Source: an uncultured delta proteobacterium
GTDB taxonomy: Bacteria; Desulfobacterota; WTBG01; CAIYCZ01
NCBI GenBank assembly: GCA_963803975.1
Contig: CAWDOY010000013.1
Span: 1-19,787 of the forward strand
Length of the DNA: 19,787 nucleotides
Reading direction: 5' to 3'
The notes below the pieces were generated by a model. It saw only the letters and a program-made list of their open reading frames with translations. It was not told the origin of the DNA and made no database searches. Made by a program: the position numbers and the translations under genes. Below are positions 1-9,380 of the stretch, piece after piece. Within the stretch, counting starts at the first letter, position 1, and each line of letters begins with the position of its first letter.

Positions 1-1192
1 CGTGACATAACCGGCCGCAAGCGCATGGAGAATGAGCTGCAGAAGGTGGAAAAGCTTGAATCCCTCGGCATCCTTGCCGGTGGCATTGCCCATGATTTTA
101 ACAATATTTTATCAGCAATTCTGGGCAATGTATCTTTGGCCAAGCTGCGCGTGCAGCCGGAAGAGAAACTGTATGCGTATCTCAATAATGCGGAAACAGC
201 ATGTTCCAGGGCCAGGGATCTCACCCAGCAGCTTCTTACCTTTGCCAAAGGCGGCGCACCGGTAAAGAAAACATCCTCAATCGCCCAGCTTCTTAATGAA
301 ACGGCAGGCTTTGCCCTGCGTGGCTCAAATGTGCGCTGTGAATTTCAGATTGCTGAAGATTTGTGGACAGCCGAGGTTGACGAGGGACAGATCAGCCAGG
401 TTATCCACAACCTGGTTATTAACGCTGACCAGGCAATGCCGGAGGGCGGCGCACTAAAGGTGCGGGCTGAAAATATCCTGGTCAATGGACAGCAGAACAT
501 CCCCCTGCCTGAAGGAAAGTATATCGCCGTAGCGGTCAGCGACCAGGGGATCGGCATACCGAAAGAGTACATCAGCTAAAATATTTGATCCCTTTTTCAC
601 CACCAAACAGAAAGGCAGCGGCCTCGGGCTTGCTTCCTGCTATTCCATACTCGTCAATCATGGCGGATATATCACCGCTGTATCTGAACCGGGCGCAGGC
701 GCAACATTCACCTTTTATCTCCCTGCTTCCGCGGAAAAGATTGAGCACAAAGAAGTTGCCGGAGAAGTAAACAGCGATGGGAAAGGTAGAATTCTCGTTA
801 TGGATGATGAAGATATCATCCGGGACATGGCGCAGGAGCTGCTGAGCGGTATGGGTTATGAAGTGGAGCTTGCCGGCGACGGGGTCGAGGCCCTGAACCG
901 TTACCAGGAAGCCCGCGCTTCAGGAGCACCGGTTGATGCGGTGATCATGGATTTAACGATCCCCGGGGGCATGGGTGGCGAGGAGGCCATACAAAAGCTT
1001 CTCGCCATTGACCCGGAAGCCCGGGCCATTGTTTCAAGCGGCTATTCAAACAACCCCATCATGGCTGATTATAAAAAATACGGTTTCAGCGGAGTACTTG
1101 CCAAGCCCTATAAAATCACCGAGCTGAGCGCGGTGCTGCAGGGCGTCATGTCCGGAGACGGTAGCACTGTTTCAAGCAGCATAACTGATTAA
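1..1192 (+). CDS. Hybrid sensor histidine kinase/response regulator (PAS end-HisKA-HATPase-REC), 5'-truncated by the window, with a +1 frameshift at ~577
   Basis: Frame is open from base 1 (RDITGRKR, end of a PAS domain). H-box [12 protein letters not shown]-box NLVINA and G1 DQGIGIP lie in ORF 25-579. Skipping one base at ~577 gives [18 protein letters not shown] (F/G2 boxes), in frame with the REC domain (ILVMDDE...IMDLTIPG...SSGY...KPY) of ORF 800-1192. Confidence 0.92.
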
Positions 1193-1256
1193 GCCTTCCG
1201 AGAACTCACCTTTTAAAAGCTGCCGAAAAACTTCACTGCCCTGCTTAGCCCGAATG

Positions 1257-2966
1257 TTACCCTGGTATCACACTTCCCCTGCTGTTATCTAATAAAAATT
1301 TCAGCAGCGGTTCAAACACCTCATTTTTTCTGCGCTGCGGCCGGTCAATTGCCGCGCAGAGCACATCGATGTGATCATACCCCTCAATCTCAGACGCTAA
1401 AAACTGTATGACCGGGAGACTTGCTGCCTTATCGCGGTGCAGGCAGTAAAGCCCGTACCCGGTGCTGAACGGGGCTGCGGCAGCGCTCATATCCAGGCCG
1501 AGCCGAGCCGCGTAATACCACTCCGGGAAGTTGAGCGGCCCCTGAAACAGCAGGCGCGCAAAGTCCTGGATGTCGGTGACTTCGGAGACTTCCGTGGTGT
1601 AGGTCAATGAGCCGCTGGTATCCCGATAATCAGGATCAGCAGCGTCCCCAATCTCATCAAAATTTGCCCATTTATAGAGCGGCCCGCTGCCGGGATTATC
1701 AGGCGGGCCAGGGTCCCCTGCTATAAACAGCTTTCCATCCTGCCCCTGTCCTCCGCCTATCAAAGAAGAAGGGAACAGGGAAAATGTTTTGGCTACGACC
1801 GGTCCGCCATAGAGGAACCCGAGGCTTGCCTGCATGATGGGTACGGGCTGAAAATTATCATCAAGGAATATTCCCAGCAGCGCCTCATTGGTATAGCGAT
1901 AGTCAATAAAAGCAGGCGCGCCGGTTATATACTGCAGGAGAGTTCGCGAGTGGATGGCCCGGATGAACTGCTCAACATCACGGGAATAGGGAACCCTTTG
2001 GAACAGGGTTGATTCCTCATCAGGCGCAAAGGCAGCATACATCGCCATCATCTCAAGCAGGGCCAGGGCCTCGGGGGTGATGCCGGCAAGCTGCTGATAG
2101 CGCGCTGATTTGCCGCTTCTGATATCTGCAAGACGCCGTGTATAGTCTGCCTCAGCCAGGGTGGAAAATGCGGTAAATGATACCCTGCCTTCGAGCCCGA
2201 TGAGGCCTGCGCAGTTGTTATAGCCCGTATCATCAAGTGTCTGAGGATTTCCATCCATGTCCCAGCCGGCAAAGAGCGCGCTTAAAGGGCTGCCCAGAGA
2301 ATGGCCGCCGATGAAGACGGTATTTTTTCTCACAGCCGGGTCAGGAATTTTCGAGGAAATCACCGTGAAGATATCTTCCATAAAAAGCTTCAGGCCGAAC
2401 TCTGAGAGGAACGGCACTTCATCCTGTTGGAGAAAACCGGGAAACGTACGGCCATTGACCGGCTTGTTGAAATAGTAATAGTCAGGCGCGCGGTCAGGAT
2501 CACGCGCCGCCTCTGCCGCATTCATGGCGCTCAAGTCCTCAAGGCAGTTGGGCCTGCGCTCAAGCGCCCACACCTCGATGCTGCCGGCATTGTTTAATTC
2601 AGCCATGGCGACCAGGTTTCTGCCGAGATAGTCAAACGATGCAGCGCCCCCTCCGTAGCCGGGCAGGAGCACGAGAACCGCGCGCACTTCTTTGGGCAGG
2701 CCATCCGGCGTCTGCGGCCGGTAGCGCAGATAGCGGATATAATCACACTCCGGCGGCGGTGTCCCGTTATCCCGCGGAGCAGGCGCGTAGATGGTTTCCT
2801 CTGCAACGATCACGTTCTGCGGGAGAAGCTCTCGCGCCGGCGGCTGATGCGGGTTTTCCGGAACCGGGCCCTGCGTGTTATAGCAGGCAGTTGCCATACA
2901 GGTTATAATAGATACGAGGATCACCAGCGACGATGACCTGAAGTGCGTGCCAGACATGTGTAGCAT
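1257..2966 (-). CDS. Secreted/lipoprotein alpha/beta-hydrolase (esterase/lipase-like)
   Basis: 569 aa ORF. Hydrophobic N-terminus ending in lipobox-like ATAC, oxyanion-like VLLPGYGGG, nucleophile elbow GGHSLG, C-terminal catalytic His candidate YDHIDVL. An alternative start is possible at 2957. Confidence 0.75.
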   Translation of the reverse strand: MLHMSGTHFRSSSLVILVSIITCMATACYNTQGPVPENPHQPPARELLPQNVIVAEETIYAPAPRDNGTPPPECDYIRYLRYRPQTPDGLPKEVRAVLVLLPGYGGGAASFDYLGRNLVAMAELNNAGSIEVWALERRPNCLEDLSAMNAAEAARDPDRAPDYYYFNKPVNGRTFPGFLQQDEVPFLSEFGLKLFMEDIFTVISSKIPDPAVRKNTVFIGGHSLGSPLSALFAGWDMDGNPQTLDDTGYNNCAGLIGLEGRVSFTAFSTLAEADYTRRLADIRSGKSARYQQLAGITPEALALLEMMAMYAAFAPDEESTLFQRVPYSRDVEQFIRAIHSRTLLQYITGAPAFIDYRYTNEALLGIFLDDNFQPVPIMQASLGFLYGGPVVAKTFSLFPSSLIGGGQGQDGKLFIAGDPGPPDNPGSGPLYKWANFDEIGDAADPDYRDTSGSLTYTTEVSEVTDIQDFARLLFQGPLNFPEWYYAARLGLDMSAAAAPFSTGYGLYCLHRDKAASLPVIQFLASEIEGYDHIDVLCAAIDRPQRRKNEVFEPLLKFLLDNSRGSVIPG

Positions 2967-3032
2967 GTTCCTTGTAACTCCCCGGAATGTTAAAAAGTTT
3001 TGTTGCTTTTATAAGTTAATTTTTGTAAATAT

Positions 3033-3062
3033 TTGTATGCTAACTATCTATTGGTGTATAAT
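3033..3062 (+). promoter_or_regulatory. Putative sigma70 promoter for the 7TM-GGR pair
   Basis: TTGTAT (3033-3038), 18 bp spacer, TATAAT (3057-3062) in an AT-rich divergent intergenic region. SD GAAAGGAG lies upstream of ATG 3109. Confidence 0.5.
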
Positions 3063-3108
3063 AGTACCGTAAGTATATACCTTAAAAACCGGGAAAGGAG
3101 AACACACA

Positions 3109-3852
3109 ATGTCAGAAGCAGCACGGATGTGGACAGAAACATCATTTAACATTTTTTACCTGATAGTGGTCTGGTGGCTGGTTATCACCATGTGGCGCCG
3201 CAGGGAGGTTGTTGCCCCGGCTGACCGGCGCACTGCAGACCTGCTCATGTGGGCGTTTGCGTGGCTTGGGTTGGGCGATATCGGGCACGTGGGCTTCAGG
3301 GTCGTTGCGTTTGCCATGGGCGGCTTTGATGTGTCAGTCAACTTTTTCGGCAACAGCCTGCTGCTGGCGCCGATGGGCTCACTTGCAACAGCGATAACCT
3401 TTACCATATTTTATGTGCTGATTGTGATGATGTGGAGCGCGCGCTATAATAAACCCTACGGGGGATTGGGATACCTGCTCTTTGCCCTTGCCGTACTGCG
3501 CCTGCTCATCATGACACATCCGGCCAACGGCTGGAACAGCATGCAGGCAGCGCAGCCCTGGTCGATGATCCGCAACCTGCCGCTGATGATGATGCAGCTT
3601 GGTGTCGCGTACCTGATCCTGCGTGATGCACGTGCCGCTCATGATAAGACATTTATCTGGATAGGCAGCATGATCCTGGTATCTTTTGTCTGTTACGCGC
3701 CGGTAATATTCCTGCAGCAGCAGGTACCGCAGATCGGCATACTCATGATACCCAAGACCATAGCCTACCTGGTCATCGCATTCCTGGGATTCTTCGAGCT
3801 CTACAAGGTGAAGGCAGCTTCAGGCCTGCGGGCAACACCGGTTACATCATAA
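3109..3852 (+). CDS. Uncharacterised 7-TM integral membrane protein (GDxxH in TM2, MIPKTxAY in TM7), paralog A
   Basis: 247 aa with seven hydrophobic segments counted by eye and a strong SD. Motifs GDIGH and LMIPKTIAY are shared with 11589-12407. Confidence 0.85.
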   Translation: MSEAARMWTETSFNIFYLIVVWWLVITMWRRREVVAPADRRTADLLMWAFAWLGLGDIGHVGFRVVAFAMGGFDVSVNFFGNSLLLAPMGSLATAITFTIFYVLIVMMWSARYNKPYGGLGYLLFALAVLRLLIMTHPANGWNSMQAAQPWSMIRNLPLMMMQLGVAYLILRDARAAHDKTFIWIGSMILVSFVCYAPVIFLQQQVPQIGILMIPKTIAYLVIAFLGFFELYKVKAASGLRATPVTS

Positions 3853-3857
3853 TGAAA

Positions 3858-3886
3858 AGCTGACAGCTGTCAGCTGATAGCTATCA
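3858..3886. repeat. Heptamer tandem repeat (AGCTGAC/AGCTGTC/AGCTGAT/AGCTATC) forming two overlapping perfect palindromes
   Basis: AGCTGACAGCTGTCAGCT (3858-3875) and TGATAGCTATCA (3875-3886) are each self-complementary. Confidence 0.8.
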
Positions 3887-3897
3887 AGGAGACTATT

Positions 3898-5220
3898 ATG
3901 GCAAAGAAGTATGATCTCGTCATTGTCGGGGGCGGTCCAGCGGGGCTCACTGCGGCAAAGTTTGCCGGGGAAAACGGGCTTCACGTTGCGTTGCTTGACA
4001 GAAAAACCGACATATCTAAAATCCGCAGGGTGGATGGCGGTGTGATTTCACCGATCAATGAATACACATTTCAACAGACAGTAATCTACAATCCTCAGTT
4101 AAAACGCATCTGTTTTCCCTCCAGCGGTTTTTCTATTCGCTATGACGGCCCGCACCGGAATGTCTACGGGTTTGCGATATACTCCCCGGGCGGGAAAAAA
4201 TTTACCTTTGGCGACCGCGCCTACCAGCATCAGGACCCTGACAAGCGGCGGGCCGGAGTAACGCTCGATAAGGAGCTGATACTGAAAACACTGCTTGAGG
4301 ATGCGCAGACAAATGGAGTAGACATTTTCCCGGGCACCAATGTTACCGGCGTTGAGAAGAACGGTGACCTGGTAACTCTGACTGCAGGCGACGAGCAGTT
4401 TCAGTCACCATTTGTCATCGCTGCTGACGGGGTGAACTCGCGCATCAGCCGGATCCTTGGCATGAACAAAGAGCGTAAATTCTTTGCCACGCACAATGAA
4501 ATGCTCTGGTACCTCGAAGGCATTGATATCCCGGAGGTCGAGGGGATATGTTTTGTCTTCACCATGGATGGCAGCTTTTTTGTGAGCAGCAGTCTTCATA
4601 AGGGCCATTACCATGTAGGCGTTACCACGCATCAGCCCGCAGATGACCTCAATGCCAAGCTGGAGAAATTTGTCTACGAAGATAAAGTTTATTCGTCCTG
4701 GTTTAAAGGAGCGAAAAAGACCGGCACCGGCTGCTGCGTGGTAAACATGCACGCCCCCATGAAAGACCCGTTTAAAGACAACGTCCTTATTATCAGCGAT
4801 GCAGCCTGGCTCATGGAAGTGAGCAATGCCATTGCCATCGTCTGCGGGTGGAAAGCTGCCAATGCGGTAACGCTCGCGCTGCTTGACGGCAAGATTACCC
4901 GTGAAGGGTTGTCCAGTTACTTTGAATGGTGGGAGAAGTACTTTTATGAGCCCTATGGCGAGATGGACTTCAAGCCCATTGAGCTGCAGGATTTTTTTGA
5001 TGGTGATGACCTTGACTACCTGGTGGGCCTGGTTAAAGAGCCGCGCATACCTACCATGGATTTTTACAAGCTGATCGGCACCATCGGCAACACCTATGGA
5101 GAGCTGTTCCCCGTCATAGGTGAAGAGCGGCCCGATGTGATGGCAAAGCTCATGGGCGTGCTTGATAAGATGGAGGAGGCAGAAGCTGCGTCGCGTAAAG
5201 CAGGCTTCCCGAATAAATAA
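3898..5220 (+). CDS. FAD-dependent oxidoreductase, geranylgeranyl reductase/FixC-like family
   Basis: N-terminal YDLVIVGGGPAG dinucleotide-binding motif, VIAADGVNS (DG motif), VLIISDAA (GD-motif variant), SD AAGGAGA. Confidence 0.85.
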   Translation: MAKKYDLVIVGGGPAGLTAAKFAGENGLHVALLDRKTDISKIRRVDGGVISPINEYTFQQTVIYNPQLKRICFPSSGFSIRYDGPHRNVYGFAIYSPGGKKFTFGDRAYQHQDPDKRRAGVTLDKELILKTLLEDAQTNGVDIFPGTNVTGVEKNGDLVTLTAGDEQFQSPFVIAADGVNSRISRILGMNKERKFFATHNEMLWYLEGIDIPEVEGICFVFTMDGSFFVSSSLHKGHYHVGVTTHQPADDLNAKLEKFVYEDKVYSSWFKGAKKTGTGCCVVNMHAPMKDPFKDNVLIISDAAWLMEVSNAIAIVCGWKAANAVTLALLDGKITREGLSSYFEWWEKYFYEPYGEMDFKPIELQDFFDGDDLDYLVGLVKEPRIPTMDFYKLIGTIGNTYGELFPVIGEERPDVMAKLMGVLDKMEEAEAASRKAGFPNK

Positions 5221-5241
5221 ATTATCGATAAATATAAAAAT

Positions 5242-5289
5242 AAAAGGGACAGCATCTATCTTCAACGAATTAGCGTGCTGTCCTTTTTT
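5242..5289. terminator. Probable bidirectional intrinsic terminator between convergent genes
   Basis: AAAAGGGACAGCA (5242-5254), a 21 nt loop, then TGCTGTCCTTTTTT, with A/T tails on both sides. Confidence 0.65.
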
Positions 5290-5312
5290 ATAATGCTAAA
5301 TAAATAGTTACC

Positions 5313-6773
5313 TTATCGTTTTTTAGTACCACCAAACATCGACCCCAGAACCCCCCGAATAATCTGCCTCCCGAGCTGGCTGCCTATGGCATGGGCTGCA
5401 CTTTTAGCCATTGCACCCAGAATCTCGCCGGTCTGCGATAGCACCTCGCTGGGTTTGCTTTTCCCCTCCGCAGGCTCTGCTTTTATTTCTTCTGTCCGTG
5501 CTTTCAGTTTTTCATACGCTGATTCACGGTCAACCGTTTTTTCATAATGACCATAGAGAACAGAGTTACGAATTATCTGCGTGCGCTCTTCCGCTGTCAA
5601 AGGATTGAGCCGGCTTCGAGGGGGATACATCAATGCCCGTTCCACCATCGTGGGAGATCCCTTCTCGTCCAGTACTGATACCAGTGCCTCGCCGACAGCC
5701 AGTTCTGTAATTGCTTTTGCCACTTTCAATTTTGGGTTAGGCCGGAAGGTTTCAGCGGCTGCTCTAACGGCTTTTTGATCCCTGGGGGTAAAGGCTCTGA
5801 GCGCATGCTGCACCCGATTGCCCAGTTGTCCCAATACCGTTTCCGGAAGATCCAGCGGGTTCTGGGTTACAAAGTATACCCCCACGCCTTTGGAGCGAAT
5901 AAGACGGACGACCTGTTCAATTTTTTCTTCAAGAGTCTGAGACACGTCAGCGAACAGCAAATGCGCTTCATCAAAGAAAAAAACCAGCTTAGGTTTAGGC
6001 GGGTCACCCACCTCCGGGAGCTGTTCAAAAAGCTCCGAGAGCATCCAGAGCAGAACGGTAGCATAGAGCCTGGGAGACTGCATCAGTTTGTCGGCAGTCA
6101 AGATATTGATTATTCCTTTACCGCTCGTATCCGTCTGGATGAGGTCCTGGAGGTTGAGAGCAGGTTCACCAAAAAATCGATTGGCTCCCTGCTCTTCAAT
6201 GGCAAGAAGGTTTCGCTGAATGGCACCAATGCTGGCAGCAGAGATATTTCCATATTCGGTTCTGAACTGTTCTGCCTGGTCACCCGCAAACTGGACCATG
6301 GCCCGCAGGTCCTTAAGGTCGAGCAGCAGCAGCCCGTTATCATCTGCAATCTTAAACACCAGGTTAAGCACACCGCTCTGGGTCTCGTTAAGGTCGAGTA
6401 TCCGGCTCAGGAGTAAGGGGCCCATCTCTGAAATTGTGGTGCGGACCGGAAGCCCCTGTTCTCCAAAAACGTCCCAGAACGCTGTCGGATACCCTGCGAA
6501 GGAAAAATCGGTCAGACGCAGGGTCTTAATGCGGTCAGCTATCACGGTGTTTTCAACTCCCGGCACGGCTAATCCGGAAAGGTCTCCCTTAACATCCGCC
6601 ATGAAAACCGGAACACCTATCTTGCTGAACGCTTCAGCCATAACTCGCAAGGTCACGGTTTTCCCTGTTCCGGTTGCCCCGGCAATGAGGCCGTGTCGAT
6701 TGGCCATTCTTGCGAGGAGAGAAATTTCATCCTTTGCTTTGGCTATGGTCAGTGAAACGGCCTGCGTTGTCAT
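5313..6773 (-). CDS. yjgR: DUF853/YjgR family HerA-like P-loop ATPase
   Basis: [16 protein letters not shown] (Walker A), [24 protein letters not shown] (Walker B), [47 protein letters not shown]. Confidence 0.93.
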   Translation of the reverse strand: MTTQAVSLTIAKAKDEISLLARMANRHGLIAGATGTGKTVTLRVMAEAFSKIGVPVFMADVKGDLSGLAVPGVENTVIADRIKTLRLTDFSFAGYPTAFWDVFGEQGLPVRTTISEMGPLLLSRILDLNETQSGVLNLVFKIADDNGLLLLDLKDLRAMVQFAGDQAEQFRTEYGNISAASIGAIQRNLLAIEEQGANRFFGEPALNLQDLIQTDTSGKGIINILTADKLMQSPRLYATVLLWMLSELFEQLPEVGDPPKPKLVFFFDEAHLLFADVSQTLEEKIEQVVRLIRSKGVGVYFVTQNPLDLPETVLGQLGNRVQHALRAFTPRDQKAVRAAAETFRPNPKLKVAKAITELAVGEALVSVLDEKGSPTMVERALMYPPRSRLNPLTAEERTQIIRNSVLYGHYEKTVDRESAYEKLKARTEEIKAEPAEGKSKPSEVLSQTGEILGAMAKSAAHAIGSQLGRQIIRGVLGSMFGGTKKR

Positions 6774-7041
6774 CTTCTCCTCCCTGAATTATAATTAAAA
6801 AAACAGCTCACCCTGTATGATAATTATATTGTTGAACTCTGCATGAGCTCTGTATTTGATAGTGCAATAGATGCTTTCCACAAGAGGAGGTATATTCTAT
6901 GATATAAACATATCCTATACATGATAATTACAAAACAATAAAGAGACTAAAAAAGGGCAGAAACAATTTTTTATAGTATTCAGCCGCAGAGCTTGTTATT
7001 ATCTTATTTGTTAACTTGCAAAGTAATAATTTCATTTAACG

Positions 7042-7539
7042 ATGTCTATACGTTTCGTAAAAGTAAAAAATAAAAAACAGGCTGAGAGAGCCGCACAACT
7101 GGCAAAAGAAATATGGGAGGAATATTATCCAACGATTATTACGCAAGAGCAGATACACTACATGATAAACACCTTTCAGTCCCCGGAGGCAATAGAAAAC
7201 CAGATACAGGAGGGGATGCAGTATTATCTGGCGGTAAGCGGTGAAGATGAAATAGGTTACCTTGCCTATGCTGCAGAGAAGGACTGCAGCCTGTTCCTGA
7301 GCAAAATCTATATTAAACGTAATTTCCGGAACAGGGGGAAGGGCAGGGAGATGTTTGCCTTTATCCTTGGTCAGGCACAGAAGCAGAAATTAAAAACAGT
7401 ACGGCTCACGGTAAATAAAAATAACACCGCCTCGGTTGAGAAGTATCTGAAGATGGGCTTCAGCATAACCGACAGCGTTGTGAAAGATATCGGCAATGGG
7501 TTTTATATGGATGATTATGTGATGGCGTATGAAGTTTAA
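7042..7539 (+). CDS. GNAT family N-acetyltransferase
   Basis: LFLSKIYI...FRNRGKG (acetyl-CoA motif A), LTVNKNN...YLKMGF, and the C-terminal DIGNGFYMDDYVM typical of a PaiA-like subgroup. Confidence 0.9.
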   Translation: MSIRFVKVKNKKQAERAAQLAKEIWEEYYPTIITQEQIHYMINTFQSPEAIENQIQEGMQYYLAVSGEDEIGYLAYAAEKDCSLFLSKIYIKRNFRNRGKGREMFAFILGQAQKQKLKTVRLTVNKNNTASVEKYLKMGFSITDSVVKDIGNGFYMDDYVMAYEV

Positions 7540-7569
7540 AAACATGTTCAAAGAGAAAGGACACACGCA

Positions 7570-8679
7570 ATGCTGAGCGAGGAGTTGAAATCGTATGTAC
7601 AGGGAGAATCAGCGGGAATACAGATTGGCATAGCTCCTGTTGACGGACTGGCGCCGCAGGAAATCACCGACCTCAGTCAGCTGAACATCATCATGAGCCG
7701 CTACACCCCGTTCTATTCCGCTGATGCTTCAGTGTTTCAGCCGCGGGATTTTCTCGACAACGCCGCAGCGGTGGTGGTGCTTGCTTTCAACTACTACTTT
7801 GGCAGAATGAATCTGCCCGGTTCTCCGCCGCGCAGCGAGATTATGAATTTTTATGTTATTCCCGAGAACCTCGCGTACATTGCGGCAAAGACACAAATGG
7901 TTGTCGATTTTCTCACTGCGCGTGGCTACACCGCCATGCAGCTTGCCACCGGTGTACCGGTGAAAATGATGACCGCGCGTTCGGGGATTGGCGCCTACGG
8001 TAAAAACGGCATTATACAGACACCGGCCATGGGCAGCTGGATCGGGCTAAACATGGTTATTACTGATGCGCCGCTTGAGCCCGGCGCCCCGCTGGGGGAT
8101 CCCTGCGGGTCATGCAACCTCTGCCAGAAAGCATGCCCTACGAATGCCCTTGATGAGCCATACCGGTGTGATATTGAGCGCTGCCTTACTCTGCACATGC
8201 TGCATAATAAGGGGGACATCCCGCATGAGATGCGGGAGAAGGCCGGCACCTGTATTGCCCACTGCAATATCTGCCTTGATGTCTGCCCGAAAAACAGAAA
8301 GCTGCAGGTTCAGACCGAAATCCCGAACCCTGAGGGACGTGTTTATCCTGAAATCGCGCCGCTGGTGAACATAAGCGCGGAGCAGTATCAGCACATATTT
8401 GGTGAGACCTTTTTTGAATTCATGTTTATCGACCGGAAGTATTTGCAGCGCAATGCCGCCGTGGCCCTTGGCAATTATGGTGACCCCCAGTATCTTCCGG
8501 TTTTGATAGAAGCGCTTGAAACCCAGCATGAGGACATGGTGAGGGGATATGCCGCATGGGCGCTGGGCCGTATCGGAACAAAAACAGCAAAAAGCGCTCT
8601 GGAAAGAAATTTAAAAACTGATTCAGCAGCATCGGTGCAGGCAGAAATCAAGCATGCACTGGAAAAACTTCAGCATTAG
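7570..8679 (+). CDS. QueG-like (epoxyqueuosine reductase/reductive dehalogenase superfamily) cobalamin + 2[4Fe-4S] protein with C-terminal HEAT repeats, divergent active site
   Basis: SGIGAYGKNG...GSWI, CGSCNLCQKACPTNAL...C, CNICLDVCP, RNAAVALGN and VRGYAAWALG HEAT repeats. The canonical QueG DYH motif is absent. Confidence 0.82.
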   Translation: MLSEELKSYVQGESAGIQIGIAPVDGLAPQEITDLSQLNIIMSRYTPFYSADASVFQPRDFLDNAAAVVVLAFNYYFGRMNLPGSPPRSEIMNFYVIPENLAYIAAKTQMVVDFLTARGYTAMQLATGVPVKMMTARSGIGAYGKNGIIQTPAMGSWIGLNMVITDAPLEPGAPLGDPCGSCNLCQKACPTNALDEPYRCDIERCLTLHMLHNKGDIPHEMREKAGTCIAHCNICLDVCPKNRKLQVQTEIPNPEGRVYPEIAPLVNISAEQYQHIFGETFFEFMFIDRKYLQRNAAVALGNYGDPQYLPVLIEALETQHEDMVRGYAAWALGRIGTKTAKSALERNLKTDSAASVQAEIKHALEKLQH

Positions 8680-9242
8680 CCTCCTGCCAGAATTTTCCCG
8701 AGATCAAACGCATCTTTCATGAGGGCCTTATTTTTGGCAATCTCTCCCTGCTCCAGGCCCGTGCCATAGACATAGCCGGCGATGTCCGCTTCAACATAGG
8801 CAAACGCGTCCTGGAACGTGCGCATGGCATTCACGGCACCCGAGCGGAACGGGTCAACGTCGCCGTAGGTGAGGGCAATGGCAATCTTTTTCCCTTTGAA
8901 CTGGTAGCCGCCGGGACCGCCGAGGGCATAGCACCGGTCCATGAACAGCTTCAGCTGCGCGGAAACAGTGAAAAAGTAGATGGGGCTCGCAAGGATAAGA
9001 CCGTCAGCAGCAATGATTTTCGGATACAGCTTCTGCATGTCGTCCTTTATCACGCAGAAGCGGTCGTCTGCCTTGTGGCATTTATCACAGGCAGTGCAGG
9101 GGCTGATCTTCATTTTGTGCAGATAAAAGCTCTCCACCCGGGCGCCCGCTGCCTGCGCCCCCTCGACGATTTGTTTCGCCAGCACCGTGCTGTTACCGTT
9201 TTTGCGCGGGCTCCCCATAAACGATAGAATCGATTTCCGCAT
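8676..9242 (-). CDS. Iron-sulfur flavoprotein (Isf)/NADPH-dependent FMN reductase family, paralog A
   Basis: Start placed at ATG 9242 behind SD AAAGGAGG. MRKSILSFMGSPRKNGNS, CTACDKC-X7-C, LASPIYF, LKLFMDR. Stop overlaps the QueG-like gene stop by 4 bp. Confidence 0.9.
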   Translation of the reverse strand: MRKSILSFMGSPRKNGNSTVLAKQIVEGAQAAGARVESFYLHKMKISPCTACDKCHKADDRFCVIKDDMQKLYPKIIAADGLILASPIYFFTVSAQLKLFMDRCYALGGPGGYQFKGKKIAIALTYGDVDPFRSGAVNAMRTFQDAFAYVEADIAGYVYGTGLEQGEIAKNKALMKDAFDLGKILAGG

Positions 9243-9266
9243 ACTTTCCTCCTTTGTATTGTTTCC

Positions 9267-9338
9267 GTAGGAGCGCATTTATGCGCCCTGTCGTGAGCGC
9301 AGTCGAATCGATGTTTTCGCGGCTGAAGCCGCTCCTAC
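9267..9338. repeat. GTAG-type REP doublet (REPIN-like) with an internal palindromic insert
   Basis: GTAGGAGCG (9267-9275) pairs with CGCTCCTAC (9330-9338). The right unit reads GTAGGAGCGGCTTCAGCCGCGA on the minus strand, a typical GTAG-REP structure. Confidence 0.75.
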
Positions 9339-9352
9339 AGCAGGATACTTAT

Positions 9353-9380
9353 CAAATGAGAGAGGGGTGTCAATAAATGA
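9353..9380. repeat. Direct repeat copy 1 (contains minus-strand TTGACA)
   Basis: CAAATGAG-N5-GGTGTCAATAAATGA, matching 10134-10162 (CAAATGAG-N6-GGTGTCAATAAATGA). Confidence 0.85.

Noticed and set aside
800..1192. Stand-alone response regulator
   Set aside because: The frame continues upstream through the kinase F/G2 boxes, so it is the REC domain of the hybrid kinase.
3109..3852. Firm call as microbial rhodopsin or heliorhodopsin
   Set aside because: No DxxxK/SxxxK in TM7 and no RYxxW-type TM3 motif; kept only as a hypothesis.
4405..5265. 286 aa minus-strand ORF
   Set aside because: Antisense shadow of the well-supported GGR-like gene; no recognisable motifs.
5313..6773. HerA-based anti-phage defence system
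   Set aside because: The sequence is the widespread YjgR/DUF853 type, with no adjacent NurA, Sir2 or DUF4297 partner.
5775..6798. 213 aa and 192 aa plus-strand ORFs
   Set aside because: Antisense to the highly conserved yjgR-like gene.
7570..8679. Assigning gene symbol queG
   Set aside because: The catalytic DYH motif is absent, so the function is uncertain.
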